44,781 bases of DNA from Ruminococcus sp. GTDB taxonomy: Bacteria; Bacillota; Clostridia; Oscillospirales; Acutalibacteraceae. The position numbers were made by a program, and so were the translations under genes. The notes beneath the pieces are model-generated. The model did no database searches. It saw only the letters and a list, made by a program, of their open reading frames with translations, and was not told the origin of the DNA. Positions 26,739 through 37,330 of this stretch are shown here, in pieces. The DNA is taken from assembly GCA_024690465.1 (NCBI GenBank), contig JAILPC010000104.1:1-44781 (forward strand), read 5' to 3'. The first letter of the stretch is position 1, and each line of letters begins with the position of its first letter.

Positions 26739-26798
26739 AAAATCATTTCCTTTCAAATGTAAGTTTATTTTATCACACAATTTATTATTATTCAACAC

Positions 26799-26837
26799 AA
26801 TGTATAAACATACGAATACTCATAATAAATATACATT
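26799..26837. promoter_or_regulatory. Tandem ARG-box-like pair (distal)
   Basis: TGTATAAACATACG (26801) and ATAATAAATATACA (26822), 21 bp apart, resembling TGAATWWWWATTCA. Confidence 0.5.
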
Positions 26838-26924
26838 AATATTTCCTCAGATAATTATTTCTATACTGAGCCATAGGTTATTTTATGGCAAAATGGTAGA
26901 AAAGCGCTTGATTTTCGCTATATT

Positions 26925-26995
26925 TTATATATTTTTCATAAACTTTGAATATTTATGCAAAAAAGACTTGAATTTTCGCAGATACCGAGTATAAT
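26925..26995 (+). promoter_or_regulatory. ArgR box and arg operon promoter
   Basis: TGAATATTTATGCA (26946-26959) with a weak partner at 26925; TTGAAT (26968), 16 nt spacer, TATAAT (26990). Confidence 0.7.
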
Positions 26996-27036
26996 GTAAT
27001 TGTAACATTTTTCAAAATATTTTTCGGAGGTTTATT

Positions 27037-28260
27037 ATGGCTGACAAAAAAATCAAAAAGGTAGTCCTCGCTTATTCAGGCGGACTTGATACATCTGTTA
27101 TTATTCCCTGGTTAAAGGACAACTATGATAACTGCGAGGTTATCGCGGTATCGGGTAACGTAGGACAGGCTGACGAGCTCGAGGGACTTGAGGAAAAGGC
27201 AATCGCGACAGGCGCGTCAAAGCTCTATGTTGAGGACCTTAACAAAGAATTTGTAGAAGAATATGTATATCCCACAATCAAGGCGGGCGCTGTATACGAG
27301 GGCAAATATCTGCTCGGTACATCCTTCGCTCGTCCGATTATAGCAAAAAGACTTGTCGAAATCGCTCTCAAGGAAGGCGCCGACGCTATCTGCCACGGCT
27401 GCACAGGCAAGGGCAACGACCAGGTGCGTTTTGAGCTTGCTATCAAAGCATATGCTCCCGATATGACAATTATCGCTCCCTGGAGAACATGGGAATTCAA
27501 GAGTCGTGAGGAGGAAATCGCTTACGCTGAAGCTAAGAAAATTCCGCTCAAGATTAACCGTGAGACAAACTACTCCAAGGATAAGAACCTTTGGCACTTA
27601 AGCCATGAAGGACTCGACCTTGAGGACCCCTCAAACGAGCCTATGTACGAAAAGGAAGGTTTCCTCGAAATGGGAGTTTCACCCCTGCAGGCTCCCGACG
27701 AGCCCGAGTATGTAACCATCCACTTTGAAAAGGGTGAAGCTACAGCCGTCAACGGCGAAGAGATGGACGCTGTTTCTATCGTAACTAAGCTCAACGAAAT
27801 CGGTGGCAAAAACGGTATCGGTATCACAGACATCGTCGAGAACCGTCTTGTAGGTATGAAGGCAAGGGGTGTATACGAAACACCCGGCGGCACAATCCTT
27901 TTCACCGCTCACAACAAGCTCGAGGAAATCTGCCTCGACAAGGATACACAGCACTACAAGAGCGTGCTCGCTATCAAGTTTGCAGAGCTCGTATATGACG
28001 GCAAGTGGTACACGCCGCTCCGTGAGGCTCTCTCGGCTTTTGTTGACAGCACACAGCAGTATGTGACAGGTGACGTCAAGCTCAAGCTCTACAAGGGCAA
28101 CATCATTGACGCGGGCGTTACAAGTCCCTACTCACTCTATGATGAAGAGATCGCGACATTTGACGAGGACGAGGTTTACAACCAGAACGATTCCGCGGGC
28201 TTCATCAACCTCTTTGGTCTGCCGATTAAGGTAAGGGCTAAAAAGGGACTTATTAAATAA
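27037..28260 (+). CDS. argG: Argininosuccinate synthase
   Basis: [26 protein letters not shown]. Confidence 0.98.
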   Translation: MADKKIKKVVLAYSGGLDTSVIIPWLKDNYDNCEVIAVSGNVGQADELEGLEEKAIATGASKLYVEDLNKEFVEEYVYPTIKAGAVYEGKYLLGTSFARPIIAKRLVEIALKEGADAICHGCTGKGNDQVRFELAIKAYAPDMTIIAPWRTWEFKSREEEIAYAEAKKIPLKINRETNYSKDKNLWHLSHEGLDLEDPSNEPMYEKEGFLEMGVSPLQAPDEPEYVTIHFEKGEATAVNGEEMDAVSIVTKLNEIGGKNGIGITDIVENRLVGMKARGVYETPGGTILFTAHNKLEEICLDKDTQHYKSVLAIKFAELVYDGKWYTPLREALSAFVDSTQQYVTGDVKLKLYKGNIIDAGVTSPYSLYDEEIATFDEDEVYNQNDSAGFINLFGLPIKVRAKKGLIK

Positions 28261-28344
28261 CTGAACGATAATTATACACTATTAGGGACAGGGGAGACTC
28301 TGTCCCATTAAGTGATTTTATAGGATACAAAAAAGGTGATTCAA

Positions 28345-29721
28345 ATGCAACTCTGGAAAGGGCGTTTCAAAAAAGAACTTTCAAAAACTACCAACGATTT
28401 CAACAGCTCAATCAGCTTTGACAGCCGTATGTTCCGCGAGGATATCGAGGGCAGTATTGCCCACGCGACAATGCTTGGAAGATGCGGAATAATCAAGACT
28501 ACCGAGGCAGGACGCATTGTCCAGGGCTTAAAGGAGATACTCTCGGACATCGAGAGCGGCAAGCTTACTTTTGACCCCGACGCCGAGGATATCCATACGT
28601 TCATCGAGGGCGAGCTGACCGAGCGTATCGGCGACGACGGCAAGCGTCTGCACACTTCGCGCAGCCGTAATGACCAGGTTGCTGTTGATATCAAGCTCTA
28701 CCTCAAAAAAGAGGTCGTAAACGTCCGTGAACTGCTCGAGGAGCTTGTCAAGGTAATCGCAGACAAGGCAGAGCAGTACAGCGATACGGTTATGCCGGGC
28801 TACACTCATCTCCAGAGAGCCCAGCCTATAACCTTCGGACATCACCTTCTCGCATATGCCGAGATGTTCCTGCGCGATATCAGCCGTCTTGACGACTGCC
28901 TCAAGCGTATGGACGAAATGCCCCTCGGCTCCTGCGCTCTCGCGGGTACAACCTACCCGATTAACAGAGAAATTACAAAGGAGCTTCTCGGGTTTGACCG
29001 AGTAACAAACAACTCCCTCGACGGTGTTTCCGACAGGGATTACTGCATAGAGTTTTCGAGCGTTCTCTCGATTATTATGGTGCACCTCAGCCGTTTCTCC
29101 GAGGAAATCATAATGTGGTGCAGCTGGGAGTTCAAGTTCATCGAGCTCGACGACGCTTTCTCAACAGGCTCGTCGATTATGCCTCAAAAAAAGAACCCCG
29201 ATATCGCTGAGCTGGTACGCGGAAAGAGCGGCAGGGTGTTCGGCGATACTATGACGCTTCTTACCGTTATGAAGGGCATAGCCCTCGCCTACAACAAGGA
29301 TATGCAGGAGGACAAAGAGGCGATTTTTGACGCGGTTGATACCGTCAAGATGTGCCTGACTGCATTCACTCCAATGCTCGACACAATGCGCGTTATCCCC
29401 GAGAATATGCGCAAAGCCGCGGCGGGCGGATTTATAAACGCCACCGACGTTGCCGACTGGCTGACAAAGAACGGCGTGCCGTTTCGTGACGCTTATAAGG
29501 CTACTGGTGAACTGGTCGCGCGCTGCATTGAGCTCGGAACAGACCTCGAGAGCCTTCCTCTCGACGAGTACAAAAAGGTTTGCAACGTGTTCACCGACGA
29601 CGTCTACAACGCTATTTCGCTTGAATATTGCGTAAGTCAGCGTACGGCGTTCGGCGGTCCCGCTCCCGAGAATGTAAAGGCTCAGGCGGAGCGTGTTAAA
29701 AATTTAGTTAACAAGGATTGA
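28345..29721 (+). CDS. argH: Argininosuccinate lyase
   Basis: LWKGRF, RSRNDQV, PGYTHLQRAQP, GSSIMPQKKNPD. Confidence 0.98.
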   Translation: MQLWKGRFKKELSKTTNDFNSSISFDSRMFREDIEGSIAHATMLGRCGIIKTTEAGRIVQGLKEILSDIESGKLTFDPDAEDIHTFIEGELTERIGDDGKRLHTSRSRNDQVAVDIKLYLKKEVVNVRELLEELVKVIADKAEQYSDTVMPGYTHLQRAQPITFGHHLLAYAEMFLRDISRLDDCLKRMDEMPLGSCALAGTTYPINREITKELLGFDRVTNNSLDGVSDRDYCIEFSSVLSIIMVHLSRFSEEIIMWCSWEFKFIELDDAFSTGSSIMPQKKNPDIAELVRGKSGRVFGDTMTLLTVMKGIALAYNKDMQEDKEAIFDAVDTVKMCLTAFTPMLDTMRVIPENMRKAAAGGFINATDVADWLTKNGVPFRDAYKATGELVARCIELGTDLESLPLDEYKKVCNVFTDDVYNAISLEYCVSQRTAFGGPAPENVKAQAERVKNLVNKD

Positions 29722-29726
29722 TACAT

Positions 29727-30761
29727 ATGATAAAAGCAGGAATAATCGGCGCGACAGGTTACGCGGGCTGTGAGCTCGTGAGGCTTCTCAGTGCTCACCC
29801 CGAGGCTGAAATCGCCGCAATCAGCTCCGTAAGCTTCGAGGGCAAGAAGCTCTCCGATGTTTACCCGAGCTATATCTATCTCAACGATATGGTTTGCGAG
29901 AATTCCGACGAGGTTGTTAAGAAGAGCGACGTTGTTTTCGCTGCTTTGCCTCACGGATTAAGCCAGGAGCTCGCCGCGAAATGTAAGGCTGAGGGAGTAA
30001 AGTTCATCGACCTCGGCGCTGACTTCCGCCTCGAAAGCGAAGAGGAATACGAAGAATGGTACGGCGGAAATTTCCTTGACAAAGCTCTCCACGAGGAGGC
30101 TGTCTACGGACTGCCCGAGTTTTTCCGCGATAATATAAAGGGAAAATGCGTCATTGCTAACCCGGGTTGCTACACAACCTGCTCTCCGCTCGCGTTAGCT
30201 CCCGCGGTTGTGAATGGCTTAATTGAGATGGAAGGCATAATCTGCAACTGCGCAAGCGGCGTTACGGGTGCGGGCAGAAAGCCCAGCCAGGGCAACCACT
30301 ATCCCGAGCTCAACGAGGGCTTCCATGCGTACAAGGTAGCATCTCACCGCCACACTCCCGAGATTGAACAGACGCTTTCAAGGCTCTCGGGCGAAAAGGT
30401 AACTGTTACTTTTGTTCCGCATTTACTTCCCGTGAACCGCGGAATACTAGCCACCTGCTACGCTGATTTAAAGGAAGGTGTAACTTATGAGCAGATCCGC
30501 GCGGCTTATGAGGATTACTACAAGGACGAGTTCTTTGTGCGTGTTCTGCCCGACGGTATGTGCGCGGATATCCATAACATCAAGTATTCCAATTTCTGCG
30601 ACATAAGCATTCATTACGACGGCAGAGCGAACAAGCTCATCGCCTGCGCCGCAATCGACAATATGGTTAAGGGCGCGGCGGGACAGGCTGTTCAGAATAT
30701 GAACATTATTTTCGGACTTGACGAAAAAACAGGACTTACAACAATGCCCCCGGCATTTTAG
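29727..30761 (+). CDS. argC: N-acetyl-gamma-glutamyl-phosphate reductase
   Basis: GATGYAG, ANPGCY, HRHTPEI, IDNMVKGAAGQAVQNMN. Confidence 0.98.
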   Translation: MIKAGIIGATGYAGCELVRLLSAHPEAEIAAISSVSFEGKKLSDVYPSYIYLNDMVCENSDEVVKKSDVVFAALPHGLSQELAAKCKAEGVKFIDLGADFRLESEEEYEEWYGGNFLDKALHEEAVYGLPEFFRDNIKGKCVIANPGCYTTCSPLALAPAVVNGLIEMEGIICNCASGVTGAGRKPSQGNHYPELNEGFHAYKVASHRHTPEIEQTLSRLSGEKVTVTFVPHLLPVNRGILATCYADLKEGVTYEQIRAAYEDYYKDEFFVRVLPDGMCADIHNIKYSNFCDISIHYDGRANKLIACAAIDNMVKGAAGQAVQNMNIIFGLDEKTGLTTMPPAF

Positions 30762-30796
30762 CAATTCACAATTCGTAATGCGCATTTCGCAATTAA
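30762..30796. repeat. 7-bp tandem array directly after the argC stop
   Basis: CAATTCA CAATTCG TAATGCG CATTTCG CAATTAA. Confidence 0.65.
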
Positions 30797-30809
30797 ATAG
30801 AGGAAAAAT

Positions 30810-32030
30810 ATGTTTAACTTTATAGAAGGCGGAGTTACCGCTCCGCAGGGCTTTACGGCGCAGGGCGTCTGCGCTTCGATAAAGCCCTCCAATACGACAA
30901 AGCGCGACCTCGCGCTCATATACTGCGATACGCTGTGCAGCGCGGCGGCAGTTTTTACGAAGAATCTCGTAAAGTCCGACACTATAGCCGTTACTAAGAA
31001 ACACCTCAAAAACGGCAAGGCTCAGGCGGTTATCGTAAACTCAGGCAACGCGAACACCTGCAACGCCGACGGTTATGACAAGGCTGTAAGAATGTGTGAA
31101 ATCGCGTCCGACGTGCTCAGCGTAAAGGCTGAAGACGTTATCGTCGCCTCAACGGGCGTAATCGGCGAAATTCTCCCGATTGAGCCGATTGAAAAAGGCG
31201 CCGAGGCTATGCGCGGCAAGCTCACTAAGGACGGCGGAACGAATGCCGCCGAGGCGATTATGACTACCGACACCGTCAAAAAGGAAATGGCTATGACTAT
31301 GACCTTGGGCGGTAAGACCGTTACAGTCGGCGGTATCGCAAAAGGCAGCGGAATGATACATATCAATATGGGTACAATGCTGTCGTTTGTCACCACCGAC
31401 GCGGCTGTTTCGGCTGAGATGCTCGAGTGCGCGCTCAGAGAGGCTGTCGAGGACAGCTACAATATGGTCAGTGTTGACGGTGACACATCAACAAACGACA
31501 CGCTCGCGATTATGGCATCAGGCAAGGCAGGCAACGCTGAGATTACCGAGAAGAATGAGGACTACAGAACCTTTGTCGAGGGACTCACCGAGGCGTTCAA
31601 GATGCTCGCAAAGAAGCTCGCCGCCGACGGCGAGGGAGCGTCCAAGCTGCTCGTCTGTTCTGTCAGCGGAGCTAAAACAAAAGAGGATGCCGTAAAGGTC
31701 AGCAAGAGCATCATCTGTTCAAGCCTTTTAAAGGCGGCTATGTTCGGAGCTGACGCAAACTGGGGACGCGTGCTGTGCGCTATCGGCTACAGCGGCGCGG
31801 ATGTTGATGTCAAAAAGGTTGAGGTCAGCTTCAAATCCTCAAAAGGTATTATAGACGTCTGCAAAAACGGCGCGGGAATTCCGTTCAGCGAGGAAAAAGC
31901 AAAGGAAATCCTGCTCGAAAACGAGATAAACATCATCGTTACTCTCGGCGACGGCGACGCGAAAGCCGAGGCATACGGTTGCGACTTAACATATGATTAT
32001 GTTAAAATAAACGGAGATTACAGGACATAA
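30810..32030 (+). CDS. argJ: Ornithine acetyltransferase / N-acetylglutamate synthase
   Basis: NSGNAN, STGVIG, KGSGMIHINMG-TML, DGDTSTND, YVKINGDYRT. Confidence 0.98.
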   Translation: MFNFIEGGVTAPQGFTAQGVCASIKPSNTTKRDLALIYCDTLCSAAAVFTKNLVKSDTIAVTKKHLKNGKAQAVIVNSGNANTCNADGYDKAVRMCEIASDVLSVKAEDVIVASTGVIGEILPIEPIEKGAEAMRGKLTKDGGTNAAEAIMTTDTVKKEMAMTMTLGGKTVTVGGIAKGSGMIHINMGTMLSFVTTDAAVSAEMLECALREAVEDSYNMVSVDGDTSTNDTLAIMASGKAGNAEITEKNEDYRTFVEGLTEAFKMLAKKLAADGEGASKLLVCSVSGAKTKEDAVKVSKSIICSSLLKAAMFGADANWGRVLCAIGYSGADVDVKKVEVSFKSSKGIIDVCKNGAGIPFSEEKAKEILLENEINIIVTLGDGDAKAEAYGCDLTYDYVKINGDYRT

Positions 32031-32031
32031 A

Positions 32032-32088
32032 TCAGTGGTCAGTGATTAGTGGTTAGTGGTCAGTTGTGGGTGGGCTTTGCCCACACCC
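32032..32088. repeat. 7-bp tandem array (TYAGTGR x5) plus hairpin after the argJ stop
   Basis: TCAGTGG TCAGTGA TTAGTGG TTAGTGG TCAGTTG, then GGGTGGGC-TTT-GCCCACACCC. Confidence 0.8.
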
Positions 32089-32177
32089 GATAAAAAGGTT
32101 TGATTAGAATTATAACGCGCGGGGGATATCCTCGCTGAGTGAGGAGCAGCTTCGTCTGACGAGGAGAATCAAAAAAT

Positions 32178-33029
32178 ATGGACAATAATAAAAGAGCTGA
32201 AATACTTATACAGGCTATGCCTTATATACAAAAGAACTACGGCAAAACAGTAGTTGTAAAATACGGCGGCAACGCTATGCAGAGCGACGAACTCAAACAG
32301 GCTGTTATGGACGACATTGTGCTTATGCAGCTTGTCGGAATCAACGTTGTGCTTGTTCACGGCGGCGGTCCCGAAATCAACGAAATGCTCGTCAAAACAG
32401 GCAAAAAGAGCGAGTTCAAAAACGGTCTCCGTGTTACAGACAAGGAGACTATCGACATAGTTCAGCAGGTGCTCGCGGGCAGAGTAAACAAGAGCCTTGT
32501 TCAGCATCTCACCCAGAGCGGCGGACGAGCAATCGGTCTTTGCGGTCTTGACGGCAAAATGCTTATGGCTTCAAAGCTCGAGAGTGAGGACGACCTCGGT
32601 TTTGTAGGCGAGATTGAGTCGGTCAATCCGCTTATCATTATGGACTCTCTCAAAAACGGCTATATCCCCGTTATTTCTACAATTGCGGGCGGCAAAAACG
32701 GCGAGGTTTACAACATCAACGCCGATTTGGCGGCGGCACGCATAGCGGCAAAGCTGAGCGCGAAAAAGCTTATTTTGATGACAGACGTCAGAGGACTTCT
32801 GCGCGACGTTCACGATGACGAGAGCTTGATTTCTACAGTATGCGTCAGCGATGTTCCGTCCCTCAAAAAAGAGGGTATTATCCAGGGCGGTATGATTCCA
32901 AAGATTGACTGCTGTGTTGAGGCTGTACGTTCGGGTGTAAGCAGAGCGCATATCATTGACGGCAGACTCAAGCACTCAATTCTGCTTGAGCTCTTCTCCG
33001 ATGAAGGTATCGGAACAATGCTCTATTAA
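32178..33029 (+). CDS. argB: Acetylglutamate kinase
   Basis: VVKYGGNAM, VHGGGPEI, NINAD, GGMIPK. Confidence 0.98.
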   Translation: MDNNKRAEILIQAMPYIQKNYGKTVVVKYGGNAMQSDELKQAVMDDIVLMQLVGINVVLVHGGGPEINEMLVKTGKKSEFKNGLRVTDKETIDIVQQVLAGRVNKSLVQHLTQSGGRAIGLCGLDGKMLMASKLESEDDLGFVGEIESVNPLIIMDSLKNGYIPVISTIAGGKNGEVYNINADLAAARIAAKLSAKKLILMTDVRGLLRDVHDDESLISTVCVSDVPSLKKEGIIQGGMIPKIDCCVEAVRSGVSRAHIIDGRLKHSILLELFSDEGIGTMLY

Positions 33030-33084
33030 CAGTGGTTAGTGATTAGTGGATAGTGATTAGTTACAGGCGGGACACTCGCACCTG
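33029..33084. repeat. 7-bp tandem array plus hairpin after the argB stop
   Basis: ACAGTGG TTAGTGA TTAGTGG ATAGTGA TTAGTTA, then CAGGCGGG-ACA-CTCGCACCTG. Confidence 0.8.
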
Positions 33085-33118
33085 AATAGTAAAATTATTT
33101 GTTTTAGAAAGTGATAAA

Positions 33119-33532
33119 ATGCTTATTCGTTCTATGACAATCGAAGATTATGACGAGGTCTACGCTATGTGGCAGATTACCTCAAAACGCGCTCTCTCGT
33201 CTTCCGACTCACGGGAGAACATCAAGAGATACCTCGAGCGCAACAAGGGTATGAGCATGGTAGCAGTATGTGACGGCAAAATTGTCGGCACGGTTCTCGC
33301 GGGACACGACGGCAGAACGGGCTTCATTCACCACACAGCGGTACACCCCGATTATCGCCGCAAGCATATCGGAAAGGCTCTTGTTCAGAACGCGGTTCAA
33401 AGGATTTCCGAGAGCGGAATAAATAAAACACAAATTTATTGCTATAAGGACAACAGCACAGGTCAGAGCTTCTGGAAGAGTATGGGCTTCAACAGAACCG
33501 ACAACGTGCTTTTTGAAGCAAAAAAAGAATAA
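33119..33532 (+). CDS. GNAT family N-acetyltransferase
   Basis: VGTVLAGHDGR...AVHPDYRRKHIGKAL...FWKSMGF. Confidence 0.9.
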   Translation: MLIRSMTIEDYDEVYAMWQITSKRALSSSDSRENIKRYLERNKGMSMVAVCDGKIVGTVLAGHDGRTGFIHHTAVHPDYRRKHIGKALVQNAVQRISESGINKTQIYCYKDNSTGQSFWKSMGFNRTDNVLFEAKKE

Positions 33533-33542
33533 GGTATTTTTT

Positions 33543-34712
33543 ATGGACACAAAACAGTTAGACAATAAATATATAATGCACACCTACGGCCGCTATGACG
33601 TAGCGCTCAAAGAGGGCAAAGGCTGCAGGGTGCTGGACGAAAACGGAAAAGAATATCTTGACGTAAGCTCGGGTATCGGCGTAAACTCGCTCGGCTACTG
33701 TGACGACGGCTGGGTACAGGCTGTCACTGCTCAGGCAGGAAAAATCCAGCATATGAGCAACTACTTCTACAGCGAACAGTCGTCAAAGCTCGCTCAGACT
33801 CTGTGCGAAAAGACTCATTTTTCAAAGGTGTGTTTCGGCAACAGCGGCGCCGAGGCTAACGAGTGCGCAATCAAGCTCGCGCGCAAATACAGCTTTGACA
33901 AATACGGCATCGGCAGAAACGAGATTATCACTCTGCGTGATTCGTTCCACGGACGTACGGTGACAACGCTTTCCGCGACAGGACAGGACAGTTTTCACAA
34001 CTATTTCTTCCCGTTTACCCAGGGCTTCAAGTACGCCGAAGCTGATATCGACAGCGTAAAGTCGCTTTTGAGCGGCAAAACCTGCGCGATTCTCATCGAA
34101 TGCGTACAGGGCGAAGGCGGAGTAAATATCCTCAACAAGGATTTTGTAAAAGCTCTCCGCAAGCTCTGCGATGAGCACGACCTGTCATTGATTGTTGATG
34201 AGGTTCAGACAGGTATCGGCAGGACAGGTAAGCTCTTCTGCTATGAAAATTTTGATATCGAGCCCGACATCGTCACATGCGCAAAAGGTATAGGCGGCGG
34301 ACTTCCAATCGGCGTTTGTCTGTGCAGCAAGAAGCTTGAGGATGTTATGCAGCCCTCAACTCACGGCTCAACCTTTGCCGCGAACCCTGTGGTCTGCGCG
34401 GGAGCGAACTATGTTCTCTCGGTTGTCGCGGACGATGATTTCCTGAACGAAGTCGTAAAAAAGGGCGAATACCTGAAAAATAAATTATTAAAAATCAACG
34501 GCGTAAAATCTGTCCGCAATCTCGGTTTAATGGTCGGCATTGAGCTCGAGAACGCCGACGCCCACGATATCGCCGTTAAATGCGTAAAAAACGGATTGCT
34601 TATCATCACCGCGAAATTGCTTCTCCGTATGCTTCCGCCTCTCACAATTACATATGAGGAGCTTGACAAAGCGGTCGAAATCTTGGATAATACCTTACAT
34701 CAGGAGGATTAA
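33543..34712 (+). CDS. argD: Acetylornithine aminotransferase
   Basis: NSGAEANE, SFHGRT, DEVQTGIGRTG, AKGIGGG; position in the arg operon. Confidence 0.95.
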   Translation: MDTKQLDNKYIMHTYGRYDVALKEGKGCRVLDENGKEYLDVSSGIGVNSLGYCDDGWVQAVTAQAGKIQHMSNYFYSEQSSKLAQTLCEKTHFSKVCFGNSGAEANECAIKLARKYSFDKYGIGRNEIITLRDSFHGRTVTTLSATGQDSFHNYFFPFTQGFKYAEADIDSVKSLLSGKTCAILIECVQGEGGVNILNKDFVKALRKLCDEHDLSLIVDEVQTGIGRTGKLFCYENFDIEPDIVTCAKGIGGGLPIGVCLCSKKLEDVMQPSTHGSTFAANPVVCAGANYVLSVVADDDFLNEVVKKGEYLKNKLLKINGVKSVRNLGLMVGIELENADAHDIAVKCVKNGLLIITAKLLLRMLPPLTITYEELDKAVEILDNTLHQED

Positions 34713-34714
34713 AT

Positions 34715-35623
34715 ATGAAACATTTACTTAAATTAGAGGACTGGACTTCCGAGGAAATTGTAGAGGCGCTTAACCTTGCCGACCAGCTCAAGTATGAGCA
34801 GAAGCACGGCATAGAGCACAAAATCTTAAAGGGCAAAACCCTCGGAATGATTTTCGAAAAGGCTTCAACACGTACACGTGTATCGTTCGAGGTCGGTATG
34901 ACACAGCTCGGCGGCTATCCGCTGTTTTTGTCTTCAAACGATTTACAGATCGGCAGAGGCGAGCCTGTTGAGGATACCGCGCGCGTACTCTCTCGTTTTA
35001 TCGACGCGATTATGATTCGTACATTTGAGCAGAGCGAGGTAGAAGCTCTCGCCGAGTACGGCTCAATCCCGATTATCAACGGACTTACAGACTACTGCCA
35101 CCCCTGCCAGGTTCTCGCTGACCTTATGACAATCCGCGAGTTCAAAGGCTCTTTAGAGGGACTGAAAATGTGCTTTATAGGCGACGGCAACAATATGATG
35201 AACTCACTCATCGTCGGTGCGCTCAGAACAGGAATGAGCATCTCTGTGGCGTGCCCCGAGGGTTACGAACCGCCAAAGCAAATCATCGAGTTTGCCGAGA
35301 GCTTCGGCGACAAGTTTGAGCTCTGCCGCAAGCCTGCTGACGCGGCAAAGAACGCCGACGTTGTTTACACCGACGTCTGGGCTTCAATGGGACAGGAAGA
35401 GGAAAAGAAAGTCCGCGAAGCAGCCTTCGAGGGCTACCAGGTCAACGCCGAGTTAATGGAAGTTACCCACAAGGGCTGTATGGTGCTCCACTGTCTGCCC
35501 GCTCACCGCGGCGAAGAGATTACTGCCGACGTATTTGAGGCTCACGCCGACGAGATTTTCGAGGAGGCAGAGAACCGTCTCCACGCGCAGAAGGCTGTAC
35601 TCGTTAAATGTATGACAGAATAA
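34715..35623 (+). CDS. argF: Ornithine carbamoyltransferase
   Basis: STRTRVSF, HPCQ, HCLP, EAENRLH. Confidence 0.98.
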   Translation: MKHLLKLEDWTSEEIVEALNLADQLKYEQKHGIEHKILKGKTLGMIFEKASTRTRVSFEVGMTQLGGYPLFLSSNDLQIGRGEPVEDTARVLSRFIDAIMIRTFEQSEVEALAEYGSIPIINGLTDYCHPCQVLADLMTIREFKGSLEGLKMCFIGDGNNMMNSLIVGALRTGMSISVACPEGYEPPKQIIEFAESFGDKFELCRKPADAAKNADVVYTDVWASMGQEEEKKVREAAFEGYQVNAELMEVTHKGCMVLHCLPAHRGEEITADVFEAHADEIFEEAENRLHAQKAVLVKCMTE

Positions 35624-35637
35624 ATTATAGTGTTTTC

Positions 35638-35666
35638 GGGAGGTCTTTGACCTCCCATTTTTCTTT
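35638..35666 (+). terminator. arg operon terminator
   Basis: GGGAGGTC-TTT-GACCTCCC then a T-rich tail. Confidence 0.8.
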
Positions 35667-35818
35667 AAAAAACTTAACAATTCCAATGTTGTTACAAATG
35701 GCTTAAATATTGATTTTTTTACTTGATTTTGTGTTTTGTTTTATTTATAATTCTATATGTAGTTGTATTTCGTAAAACACGAAAAACTATAAAAATATTA
35801 TGAGAGGGGTAAATTCTC

Positions 35819-37231
35819 TTGGAAAAACTTTTTAAGTTAAAACAGAATGGCACTAATGTCCGTACAGAGATTATTGCCGGTGTTACAACGTTCCTTGCGA
35901 TGGCGTATATACTTGCGGTTAACCCGAGTATATTATCCGCTTCGGGAATGCCTCAGGACGCGATTTTCGCGGCGACTGCTGTTTCGGCTTTCTTCGCGAC
36001 CGCTATTATGGCTTTCCTCGCTAACTATCCTGTAGCTTTGGCTTCGGGTATGGGACTCAACGCTTATTTTTCGTTTACGGTTTGTACAGACCTTGCGGCA
36101 AAAGGCGTTACAGATCCGTGGAAAGTTGCTTTAACCGCGATTCTCGTTGAAGGTATAATCTTCATTATCCTTTCAATCTTCAAGTTCCGTGAGACTCTGG
36201 TAAACAAGGTTCCCAAGAACCTCAAGCTCGGTATCTCGGCTGGTATCGGTCTGTTTATCACAATTATCGGTCTTAAGGGTGCGGGTATCATTGTAACAGA
36301 CGCTTATTATGACGGCACAGCTGTTCAGTCATCCACACTTGTTAAGTTCGGCAACATCGGCACACCTCAGGTTGTACTTGCGTTGGCAGGTATTTTAATT
36401 ATCGCCATTCTCTGGCACTTCAAGGTTAAGGGCGCAATCCTTATCGGTATCATAGCTACATGGCTTCTGGGTATTGTCGCTGAGGTTTCAGGCTGGTACG
36501 TTGTAGATCCTGCCGCAGGAGTTTATTCACTGATTCCCGATTTCAGCAACTATTCCGTATTCGGCCCTGTCCAGACGATGGCATCAGAGACATTTTTCCA
36601 ATTTGATTTCGGCTATGTTGCTTCACATGCTTTGAACTTTGCCGTCATCGTATTCGCGTTCCTGTTTGTTGACCTCTTCGATACAGTAGGCACTCTCATC
36701 GGCGTAGCTCAGGAAGGCAATCTTCTTGACGAAAAGGGCGAGCTTCCCAGAGTAGGACGTGCTCTTATGGCAGACGCTGTAGGTACCGTAGCAGGTTCCT
36801 GCCTTGGTACTTCAACTGTTACGTCTTATGTTGAGTCAACAACAGGCGTTTCCGAGGGAGGTAAGACAGGTCTTACAGCTCTCACAACAGCCGTACTCTT
36901 CCTTGTTTCAATTCCGCTATTCCCGATTTTCGGCGCTATCCCCAGCTTTGCGACAACTCCCGCGCTCGTATTCGTTGGTCTCTTAATGCTCAAAAACGTT
37001 ACAAAGATGAACTTCGACGCTGATATCGCTGATACAGTCGGCGGATTCTTCGCCATCATTATGATGCCGTTCTCATATTCAATTGCCAACGGTATTATGT
37101 TTGGTATTCTTACATGGGTTATCCTCAAGGTATTCACAGGTAAGATTAAGGATGTTCATCCCGTTATGTGGGTATCGTTCGCTCTGTTCGCTGTCCGAAT
37201 AACTACGATGATTATGGGTATTTCTTCATAA
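35819..37231 (+). CDS. NCS2/AzgA-family purine permease
   Basis: TEIIAGVTTFLAMAYILAVNP, GMGLNAYF, DLFDTVGT, YVESTTGV. Confidence 0.93.
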   Translation: MEKLFKLKQNGTNVRTEIIAGVTTFLAMAYILAVNPSILSASGMPQDAIFAATAVSAFFATAIMAFLANYPVALASGMGLNAYFSFTVCTDLAAKGVTDPWKVALTAILVEGIIFIILSIFKFRETLVNKVPKNLKLGISAGIGLFITIIGLKGAGIIVTDAYYDGTAVQSSTLVKFGNIGTPQVVLALAGILIIAILWHFKVKGAILIGIIATWLLGIVAEVSGWYVVDPAAGVYSLIPDFSNYSVFGPVQTMASETFFQFDFGYVASHALNFAVIVFAFLFVDLFDTVGTLIGVAQEGNLLDEKGELPRVGRALMADAVGTVAGSCLGTSTVTSYVESTTGVSEGGKTGLTALTTAVLFLVSIPLFPIFGAIPSFATTPALVFVGLLMLKNVTKMNFDADIADTVGGFFAIIMMPFSYSIANGIMFGILTWVILKVFTGKIKDVHPVMWVSFALFAVRITTMIMGISS

Positions 37232-37246
37232 AATATATAAAAACTT

Positions 37247-37278
37247 AGGCGCTGTCCAATCGGACAGCGCCTTTTTTT
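37247..37278 (+). terminator. Rho-independent terminator
   Basis: AGGCGCTGTCC-AATC-GGACAGCGCCT then a T run. Confidence 0.85.
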
Positions 37279-37330
37279 GGTCAAGATTTTATAATTGAAT
37301 CAATAATCTCTAAATCCTCAATTCTTAATT

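Noticed and set aside
32032-33063. Repeats flanking argB as a CRISPR array or IS ends
   Set aside because: They are 7-bp tandem units without spacers, in direct orientation, with no cas or transposase gene.
35690-35818. Purine riboswitch or PurR box upstream of the NCS2 permease
   Set aside because: No purine aptamer core is visible; TTCGT-AAAAC-ACGAA is only weakly PurBox-like.
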